From contig CAXXVS010000003.1 in NCBI GenBank assembly GCA_963674755.2, positions 2,624,001 through 2,688,000 on the forward strand: 64,000 bases of DNA, read 5' to 3'. A program made the position numbers and the translations under genes. This document shows, one piece after another, positions 56,926 to 64,000 of the stretch. This stretch comes from Desulfobacterales bacterium (GTDB lineage Bacteria > Desulfobacterota > Desulfobacteria > Desulfobacterales > UBA5852). Within the stretch, counting starts at the first letter, position 1, and every line of letters begins with the position of its first letter. The notes beneath the pieces were generated by a model that ran no database searches, was not told the DNA's origin, and saw only the letters and a program-made list of their open reading frames with translations.

Positions 56926-59388
56926 ATGCACCGGTTGCCCCGCGCCCTGGCCATGACGTTGGCCGGTATGATCGTTTTAGTCGGGATTACGATGCCTTAT
57001 CCCTTAGCGTACGCAAGCGACACGCCCTTTCCCCGCTACAGGGAGATCGAACCCAATGTCGCCTTCTGGATCGACATCTATTCCAAATATACCACCCTTC
57101 AGGCCGTGATCCATGACAGCCGCGATTTAAGCGTGGTCTACGACGTGATTGCCGTCAAGCCCTATGATGCACCGGGGGCCCGCAAAATCAACCGCCGCCG
57201 CATGAAGCGCGCCAAGGCCAAATATGAGGCCATCTTGAAGCGCCTGGCGGCCGATCCCCACTGCAAGGATGAAGACTGTAAACGGGTGGCGCAATTATTC
57301 GGGGACCGGGCCGACGTCGGAGCCTTCCGACGGGCCAGCCGGCAGGTGCGCAGCCAACTCGGGCAGAAAGACCGTTTCCAGGAAGGCGTCATCCGCTCCG
57401 GGGCCTATCTGGATGAAATCCGGGCCATTCTGAAATCCTATGGGGTACCCGAGGACCTGGCCTATCTGCCCCATGTGGAATCCTCCTTCAACCCCGGCGC
57501 CTACAGCAAATTCGGGGCGGCCGGCATCTGGCAGTTCACCCGTTCCACCGGCCGGCGCTATATGTCGGTGGACTATGTCCTGGACGAACGCCGGGATCCC
57601 ATCCGTGCTACCTATGCCGCGGCCCTGCTTCTCAAGGACAATTATGCGAAGCTGGGCAGTTGGCCCCTGGCGATCACGGCCTACAACCACGGTGCGGCCG
57701 GCATGGCCCGGGCCCGGAAGAAGCATGGCGCCTACCCGGCCATCTTTGCCGCCTACCGCAGCCGCACCTTCAAATTCGCATCGCGCAATTTTTATTCCGA
57801 ATTCCTGGCCGCCCGTCACGTGGCCGCGCACCATGAAACCTATTTCGGTCCCCTGACCCTGGACGCCCCCCGGCCGTCCCATACCATTGCCTTAAAGGGG
57901 TTTGTGCGCTTGGAGGATCTCTGCGCCCACTATGACGTGGTGCCGGACGTCCTCCGGGAAATGAATCCGGCCCTGCGCCCCCCCGTGTTCAGCGATCAGA
58001 AATATGTGCCCAAGGGCTACCATCTGCGGCTGCCCGCCAAGATCGCCGTGCGTGCTGCGGACCTGGCGCCCCTTCCGGCGTCCCTCATGAAGGCCGCCCA
58101 ACGGCCCAGCCGTTTCTACACGGTCCAGCGGGGGGACACCGCCGGCCGGATCGCCCGCCGCCATGGGGTGCGGCTCGATGATCTGATCCTGGCCAACAAC
58201 TTGAACCGGCGCGCCACCATCTACCCCCGCCAGACCCTGCGCATCCCCCTGCCGGGTGAGAAGGTTGCGCCGCCCGAACCCCAGGCGCCGGTGATTGTGG
58301 CCAAGGAGGCGCCGGTCCTTGTGGCGGCTCTGGAAAAGGAAAAACCGGTTGCCACGGCGACACCGGAAACCGGCAAGGCGAAAAACAATAGGCCTGCCTC
58401 GGAGGACGGCGCATCAGAATCGGCCCCGATACCGGCCCGTCCGGCAGCGTCACCCGTCCCCATGGAGGCCGATGGGTCGCAAAAGGCTTTGTTGGCATCC
58501 AAGTCCGCCGACACCCAGGAAGCTCAATCCGCGATGATGACTGCTTCCGAAAAGGCGGCCGAATCTTCTGAAATCCAATCCCCTGAAAGCGAAGGCATCA
58601 AGGAAACCCCGGTGGCGCAGGAACCCATCGCTCATGAAGCTCCTGCCCAAGCGGAAACGCCGGCCGATGAACCCGGGAAGCCTCAGGAAACGGCTGCTGA
58701 CGAGACCCCTGAACCGGACGAATTCGAAGCACCGCAACCGCCGTTGCCCTCCGTGCCGGATGTTGCTCCGGAACAACAGGTGGCCTCGCTTGACGTTCCG
58801 GCCGGGCAGGCCGAGTCCCAGGGCATACCCACGCTGGTGACGCCCAATACGGAGATCGTCTCCATCGATGTGCGCTTCGAAACGATGACCAAAGACCAGA
58901 AGGGACCGGTGGGGGTTCTGCGGGTGGAGGTGGAGGAGACCCTGGGCCACTACGCCGAGTGGGCCGGTGTGCGCACCCAGCAGATCAGGCGCCTGAACGG
59001 CCTGCGCTACGGCCGCACCCTGCGTCTGGGGCAGAAGGTTAAAATTCCCCTGGACAAGGTCGACGCCGCGGTTTTTGAAGAGCAGCGCTACGAATATCAC
59101 AAGCGGCTGCAGGAAGACTTTTTCGCGGTCTATCGCGTCAGCGAGCTGGAGCCCTACCGGGTCCAGCGGGGTGACAATATCTGGACCCTGTGCCGGGAAA
59201 CGTTCGGCGTGCCCATGTGGCTCCTGAAGCATTACAACATGGACGTGGATTTGGCCAATCTGCACATCCAGGACAAGATCATGATGCCCGTTATCCAGGA
59301 GACGACCGCCGGGGAACCGGGGACGGTGACTGACGAAACCGATCCCGAGGAAGATGCGACCGGATCATCCGGAAACGGCCCGGCCTGA
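56926..59388 (+). CDS. MltD-like lytic transglycosylase with LysM domains and a long low-complexity linker
   Basis: LPHVESSFNP.AYSKFGAAGIWQF, DERRDP, LAITAYNHG, LysM motifs YTVQRGDT and YRVQRGDN. Confidence 0.9.
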   Translation: MHRLPRALAMTLAGMIVLVGITMPYPLAYASDTPFPRYREIEPNVAFWIDIYSKYTTLQAVIHDSRDLSVVYDVIAVKPYDAPGARKINRRRMKRAKAKYEAILKRLAADPHCKDEDCKRVAQLFGDRADVGAFRRASRQVRSQLGQKDRFQEGVIRSGAYLDEIRAILKSYGVPEDLAYLPHVESSFNPGAYSKFGAAGIWQFTRSTGRRYMSVDYVLDERRDPIRATYAAALLLKDNYAKLGSWPLAITAYNHGAAGMARARKKHGAYPAIFAAYRSRTFKFASRNFYSEFLAARHVAAHHETYFGPLTLDAPRPSHTIALKGFVRLEDLCAHYDVVPDVLREMNPALRPPVFSDQKYVPKGYHLRLPAKIAVRAADLAPLPASLMKAAQRPSRFYTVQRGDTAGRIARRHGVRLDDLILANNLNRRATIYPRQTLRIPLPGEKVAPPEPQAPVIVAKEAPVLVAALEKEKPVATATPETGKAKNNRPASEDGASESAPIPARPAASPVPMEADGSQKALLASKSADTQEAQSAMMTASEKAAESSEIQSPESEGIKETPVAQEPIAHEAPAQAETPADEPGKPQETAADETPEPDEFEAPQPPLPSVPDVAPEQQVASLDVPAGQAESQGIPTLVTPNTEIVSIDVRFETMTKDQKGPVGVLRVEVEETLGHYAEWAGVRTQQIRRLNGLRYGRTLRLGQKVKIPLDKVDAAVFEEQRYEYHKRLQEDFFAVYRVSELEPYRVQRGDNIWTLCRETFGVPMWLLKHYNMDVDLANLHIQDKIMMPVIQETTAGEPGTVTDETDPEEDATGSSGNGPA

Positions 59389-59628
59389 GAGCCTTGCCGC
59401 CTGCGGCTTCCTGCGGGTGACGAGGATTGCTTGCGGCCCCTCGGGAATCTTTTGGGGATCGGTCGCCACCGGCCGACTGGAGCGCCGCATTCCCCCTTGC
59501 GTCTTCCTAAATGATTCCCGTGGCGCGCGTGTTTCGTGCTTTGCATTTTTTATCGATTTGCATTAAATAGAAGGGCTTCGACAGCGATCTCAACCAGATA
59601 TGCCATCACTCCTGAGGGAATTAGCCAC

Positions 59629-60546
59629 ATGCCACGGATGATGATGCCAGCCAAGGCTTGCCGGATCCCCCCGGGCGGCGCACTGCGGCCCGCAACGATC
59701 ATTCTGCAATGCCTGCTGCTCCTGTCCCTGATGATGCTGCCGGCCTGCAGCCACCTGGTCGCCCGGGCCACCGACAACCTGGCCGACAACCTTTCCCAGG
59801 CGATCGCCAATAATGACGATCCCGCCACTGTGGCAGCCGGAGGGCCGGCCTATCTCCTCATGCTGGACGGCATGGTGCAGGGCGATCCCGGCAACGAAAA
59901 TCTCCTCGTCCAGGCGGCGACCCTTTACAGCACTTACAGTTCGGCCTTTGTGGACGACCCGGAGCGGGCCGCCAAACTTTCCCAGCGCGCCCTCGATTAC
60001 GCCGAGCGGGCCCTCTGCGTCCGGCGTCCGGAGGACTGCGGCCTGCGGCAGGCCGATTTCGATGTATTTGAAGACCGTCTTCAGAAGATGGATATAGCGG
60101 ACGTACCCGTTTTTTATACCCTGGGCGCCGCCTGGGCCGGGTGGATTCAGGCCCGGCAGGATGATTTGGAAGCGGTGGCGGAGCTGGCCCGGGTGGAAGC
60201 GATCATGACGCGCATCGTTGCGCTGGACGAGGGCTATCGCCAGGGCGGCGCCCATCTTTACCTGGGCACCCTTGCCATCCTTGTGCCGCCGGCCCTGGGG
60301 GGCAAACCGGACGTGGCCCGGATGCATTTCGAGCGGGCCATTGCCCTGTCCAATGGCACCAACCTGATGGCCAAAGTGCTTTATGCCCAATACTACGCCC
60401 GCATGCTTTACGATCGCGAACTCCACGACCGTCTGCTGACGGAAGTCCTGGCGGCCGATCCCCATGTCCCGGGCCTGGTGCTCCAGAACACCCTGGCCCA
60501 GGAGCGCGCGCGGGAACTGTTAGCCAGCGCCGATGCTTACTTTTAA
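59629..60546 (+). CDS. TRAP-associated TPR lipoprotein (TatT family); start uncertain
   Basis: Lipobox LPAC, PAYLLMLDG, PPALGGKPDVARMHFERAI, YYARMLYDRELHDRLL; directly upstream of dctPQM-like genes. Confidence 0.8.
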   Translation: MPRMMMPAKACRIPPGGALRPATIILQCLLLLSLMMLPACSHLVARATDNLADNLSQAIANNDDPATVAAGGPAYLLMLDGMVQGDPGNENLLVQAATLYSTYSSAFVDDPERAAKLSQRALDYAERALCVRRPEDCGLRQADFDVFEDRLQKMDIADVPVFYTLGAAWAGWIQARQDDLEAVAELARVEAIMTRIVALDEGYRQGGAHLYLGTLAILVPPALGGKPDVARMHFERAIALSNGTNLMAKVLYAQYYARMLYDRELHDRLLTEVLAADPHVPGLVLQNTLAQERARELLASADAYF

Positions 60547-60603
60547 ACGGACTTGGCCGGTCGGGCGAAGTCTGAAATTTTGGTACCGGAAGGAAGGACC
60601 ACG

Positions 60604-61617
60604 ATGGGTTTGAAGCTGTTGCGGATTACAACGATGGCCCTGGTGCTGACCTTTGCGCTGACGGCTCAGGCGGTTGAACTGAAGCTGGCGACCCTTTCCC
60701 CCGAGGGGTCCAGCTGGATGAAGAAAATGCGGGAAGGCGCCCAGCGGGTCGCCCAAGCCACCGACAACCGGGTCAAGTTCAAATTCTACCCTGGTGGGGT
60801 CATGGGCAACGATCAGGCCGTCCTGCGCAAAATCCGCATCGGCCAGTTGCATGGCGGCGCCTTTTCCGGGGGGACGCTGTCGGGCTACTACCCCGACGCC
60901 CAGATTTATGCCATGCCCCTCAAATTCCAGTCCCTGGAAGAAGTCTATTTTGTCCGTCGGCACATGGACCCCCTCATTCAGGAAGGGCTGGAGAAAAACG
61001 GCTTTGTCACGTTCGGACTGGCCGACGGCGGATTTTCCTACATCATGTCCAACCAGCCGGTGGAAAAGGTGGACACCCTGAGAAAGCTGAAGGTATGGAT
61101 TCCGGCCCACGACAAAATGATCATGGAGGCCATGAAGGGGTTCGGCATCAACCCCATCTCGCTGCCCATCGCTGATGTGCGCACCGGCCTGCAGACCGGC
61201 CTGATCGATACGGTGGCCATCAGTCCGGTGGGGGCCATCGTGCTCCAGTGGCACACCCAGGTCAAATACCTCACAGAACTGCCGGTCGTCTATATCTACG
61301 GCATCCTGGCCATCGATCGCCGGGCCTTCGGCCGCATTGCCCCTGCGGACCAGACCGTGGTGCGGGATATCATGGGCCAGGCCTGGACAGAGATGGACAC
61401 CATGAACCGCGCGGACAATGTCAAAGCCCTCCAGGCCATCCGGAAGCAGGGCATCCAGTTTATCGAACCATCACCGGAAATCCGGAAGGGCTGGTACGAT
61501 TTGGCCGCCTCGGTTGACCGACAAATCGTCAGCGCCGGCTATTTTACCCCGGGCATGGTCAGCACGCTCGACGATTACCTCGCGGAGTACCGCTCCCGAC
61601 AGGCCGCCAATCCATGA
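60604..61617 (+). CDS. dctP: TRAP transporter substrate-binding protein
   Basis: Signal peptide, LKLATLSPEGSSW, FYPGGVMG, LRKIRIGQLHG, LQTGLID. Confidence 0.88.
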   Translation: MGLKLLRITTMALVLTFALTAQAVELKLATLSPEGSSWMKKMREGAQRVAQATDNRVKFKFYPGGVMGNDQAVLRKIRIGQLHGGAFSGGTLSGYYPDAQIYAMPLKFQSLEEVYFVRRHMDPLIQEGLEKNGFVTFGLADGGFSYIMSNQPVEKVDTLRKLKVWIPAHDKMIMEAMKGFGINPISLPIADVRTGLQTGLIDTVAISPVGAIVLQWHTQVKYLTELPVVYIYGILAIDRRAFGRIAPADQTVVRDIMGQAWTEMDTMNRADNVKALQAIRKQGIQFIEPSPEIRKGWYDLAASVDRQIVSAGYFTPGMVSTLDDYLAEYRSRQAANP

Positions 61618-62123
61618 CGACCAGTGCCGCTCCCCGGGGTCTGCGACGGCTGCAGCAGATTTTGCACAGGCTGGAAGATCTCATCATTGCCGGTCTCCTC
61701 ACCGCCACCATGGGGTTGGCCCTCTACCAGATCGTCCTGCGCAATGTGATGGGCGCGGGCATCGTATGGGGCGACATCCTGATCCGTCTGATGGTGCTGT
61801 GGCTCGGCATGGCCGGGGCCATGGTCGCCACCCGCCAGCGCAAACACATCAGTGTCGATCTGGTCACCCGCTACCTGTCCGCCGGATGGCGGCGGGCCGC
61901 GGAAAGCCTGACCACATTGTTCGCCGGGGCGATTTGCCTGATTGCCTTTTACACCAGCCTGCAGTTCGTCATCAGTGAACGCGCCTTCGGCAGCCTGGCC
62001 TTTGCCCAGGTGCCCTACTGGGTCTGTGTCAGCATTCTGCCCGCGGCCTTTTTGGTCATTGCCGTGCGGTATTTGATCCAGTTTTGGCTGACCCTGACCC
62101 GCAGTCCAAAGGCGGCATCGTGA
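61614..62123 (+). CDS. dctQ: TRAP transporter small permease
   Basis: Four TM segments, QIVLRN, HISVDL. Confidence 0.88.
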   Translation: MTTSAAPRGLRRLQQILHRLEDLIIAGLLTATMGLALYQIVLRNVMGAGIVWGDILIRLMVLWLGMAGAMVATRQRKHISVDLVTRYLSAGWRRAAESLTTLFAGAICLIAFYTSLQFVISERAFGSLAFAQVPYWVCVSILPAAFLVIAVRYLIQFWLTLTRSPKAAS

Positions 62124-63400
62124 CGGCCACGGTTCTTTTCGTGCTCCTGCTTGGCGTGGCCGTCCTGGGGGCTCCCCTGTTTGCCGTGCTGCTGGCGGTG
62201 GCCATGATGGGTTTCTACTCCCGGGGCATCGATCTATCGGCGGTGGCTATTGAAATCTACCGCATCGCCGACATGCCCCTGCTGCTGGCCCTCCCGTTTT
62301 TTGCCTTTGCCGGCTATGTCGTCGCTGCCAGCCGGACGTCCGAACGCCTGGTCCGCCTAACGCGGCTCTTCCTGGGGTGGATGCCCGGAGGCCTGGCCAT
62401 CGTCTCCCTGGTGGCCTGCGCCCTTTTCACGGCGTTTACGGGCGCCTCGGGCGTCACCATCGTGGCCCTGGGGGCGCTGCTCTATCCCGCGCTCACCCAG
62501 GACGGCTACGGGGAACGCTTCAGTCTGGGACTGGTGACGTCTTCCGGCAGTCTGGGACTGCTGTTTCCGCCTTCGGTACCGCTCATCCTGTACGGCGTCA
62601 TCGCCCAGCAACTGGGGGTGGGGCCTTTTTTTGCCATCGAAGAGCTTTTCTGGGCGGGTTTGCTGCCGGGCCTGCTGATGCTGGTACTGCTGTCCGGCTG
62701 GAGTCTCTGGACCAACCGCCACATGGCACGTCCCCGGCAGACGTTTTCTTCCGGCGAGCTTTTCGCCGCCGTGCGTGAAGCGATCTGGGAACTCCCCTTG
62801 CCGGTTTTCCTGATCGCAGGCATCTACGGCGGGTACATGGCCGTGTCCGAAGCGGCCATCATCACGGCCGCCTACGTCGTGGTGGTGGAGGTCTTTATCT
62901 ACCGGGAGATCCGGATCTGCCAGCTGCCGGAGATCATGCGGGATTCCATGGTGATGGTGGGGGGCATCCTGCTGATTCTGGGGGTTTCGCTGGCCTTCAC
63001 CAATTATCTGATCGATGCCGAAGTGCCCATGCGCCTCTTCAATTTGATCCAGCGCCTGGTGGCCGACAAGATCGTTTTCCTGATCCTGCTCAATATCCTG
63101 CTGCTGATCCTGGGGGCGATCCTGGACATTTTTTCCGCCCTGGTCATCATGGTGCCCCTGATCCTGCCCGTAGCGGTCAGCTACGGGATCGACCCCGTGC
63201 ACCTGGGCATCATTTTCCTCGCCAACATGCAGATCGGCTACTTCACGCCGCCCGTGGGGATGAACCTCTTCATTGCCAGCTACCGCTTCGAAAAACCGGT
63301 GGCCGAACTCTACCGGGCCACGATTCCCTTTATGGTGGTGCTGCTGGCGGCCGTGCTGGTGATCACCTACTGGCCGCAGCTGAGCCTGTTCTTCCGTTAA
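62120..63400 (+). CDS. dctM: TRAP transporter large permease
   Basis: LALPFF, MPGGLA, GSLGLLFPPSVPLILY, YGIDPVHLG, TPPVGMNLF. Confidence 0.92.
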   Translation: MTATVLFVLLLGVAVLGAPLFAVLLAVAMMGFYSRGIDLSAVAIEIYRIADMPLLLALPFFAFAGYVVAASRTSERLVRLTRLFLGWMPGGLAIVSLVACALFTAFTGASGVTIVALGALLYPALTQDGYGERFSLGLVTSSGSLGLLFPPSVPLILYGVIAQQLGVGPFFAIEELFWAGLLPGLLMLVLLSGWSLWTNRHMARPRQTFSSGELFAAVREAIWELPLPVFLIAGIYGGYMAVSEAAIITAAYVVVVEVFIYREIRICQLPEIMRDSMVMVGGILLILGVSLAFTNYLIDAEVPMRLFNLIQRLVADKIVFLILLNILLLILGAILDIFSALVIMVPLILPVAVSYGIDPVHLGIIFLANMQIGYFTPPVGMNLFIASYRFEKPVAELYRATIPFMVVLLAAVLVITYWPQLSLFFR

Positions 63401-63558
63401 ACCGCGCTTACGAATCCCATTGTGCGGCAGCGTGCCATAGGAATGACCGCGGCCCGGATTGGCGCTTTTCAACCGCGGCTAGAAATCCCCATTATTGGCA
63501 GCCAAGGGTTGAAGCCGCCGAGGTTTCCCTCTATAGTCAGGTGCAGGAAACGCTAATC

Positions 63559-63748
63559 GGGCCCACCTATAAATGGCATCTTGCGGCCCCTGGGCGGTGT
63601 TCTCGCTTGTTTCCAATCCTCGCAATAGCGGGCTATTCCCCCGGTTGACACCCACCGTTCGGAATAGATCAGACGGGAAGTCCCGCGGAGCGGGAAAACA
63701 CGCTCGGGCCTTGCCAGGAACCAAAGTCCACCAGTTAGGAACGGGCAT
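63559..63748. mobile_element. MITE-like element, copy 4 (more diverged)
   Basis: TAAATGGCATCTTGCGGCCCCTGG is identical to copy 3; shares CACCCAC..GATCAG.CGG.AAGTCCC with copy 3; right end GGAACCAAAGTCCACCAGTTAGGAACGGGCAT. Confidence 0.7.
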
Positions 63749-63792
63749 TAATCTATCTTTAACAAGTTAAAACCAATGAGCGGAGACTGATT

Positions 63793-64000
63793 GTGGGGTT
63801 TTTTAAAACATCCAGGGATTCATCGATCGATCTTCCCGCGGGTAAGGAAGCATTCCAGCGGGCCGTTGAAAAGGAGCGCTACCGGTCGGATCGCAGCAAC
63901 CAAACCTATTCGCTTCTGATCCTGTCGCTGGCGATTGAAAACGAATCAGACGAGCGCATTCACCAGGCCATCGCCACGATCCGCGAGCGCATCCGGACCA
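63793..64000 (+). CDS. Partial CDS with a degenerate GGDEF-like N-terminus (runs off the window)
   Basis: GGAG RBS, GTG start; FQRAVEKERYRSDRSNQTYSLLIL...IRERIRT is open to the window end. Confidence 0.55.
   Translation, partial: MGFFKTSRDSSIDLPAGKEAFQRAVEKERYRSDRSNQTYSLLILSLAIENESDERIHQAIATIRERIRT

Noticed and set aside
63479..63770. Short ORFs overlapping MITE copies (also 5575-5877, 5810-6037, 48907-49593, 56061-56399)
   Set aside because: They arise from the repeat sequence itself, and the reading frames are not conserved between copies.

Overview
GC-rich chromosomal segment, most likely from an anaerobic Desulfobacterota/deltaproteobacterium. This is inferred from gene content (tungsten-type AORs, several sigma54 systems, a heme-c sensor kinase), not from a marker gene. 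No rRNA, tRNA, CRISPR array, transposase or integrase was recognised. From left to right the window holds: rnj and ftsK; a GT4 glycosyltransferase and two methyltransferases around an internally deleted CoA-transferase pseudogene; a heme-c sensor kinase and sigma54 regulator driving a YeiH-family exporter operon; a decayed Ser/Thr kinase; an HD-GYP regulator; an orphan ParA with a small partner; and a hybrid kinase. Next is a sigma54-controlled polyamine catabolic operon (gabT, patA, two aldehyde:ferredoxin oxidoreductases, MoaD, potABCD-like, aguA), in which W/Mo oxidoreductases appear to replace the usual NAD-dependent aldehyde dehydrogenases. An AT-rich flavin reductase gene with a 60-bp attC-like site abuts the aguA stop. 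A second sigma54 operon couples SDR, Zn-ADH, SSS transporter, cyclase, CoA-transferase and thiolase genes to catC, yciI and pcaD, without any ring-cleavage dioxygenase. The right end carries PilZ, a ChoD-like GMC enzyme, ClC, mltF, an MBL hydrolase, a LysM lytic transglycosylase and a TatT-TRAP (TPAT) transporter. A modular MITE-like repeat family occurs four times, plus one related element. All calls rest on motif recognition by eye; no database searches were run.
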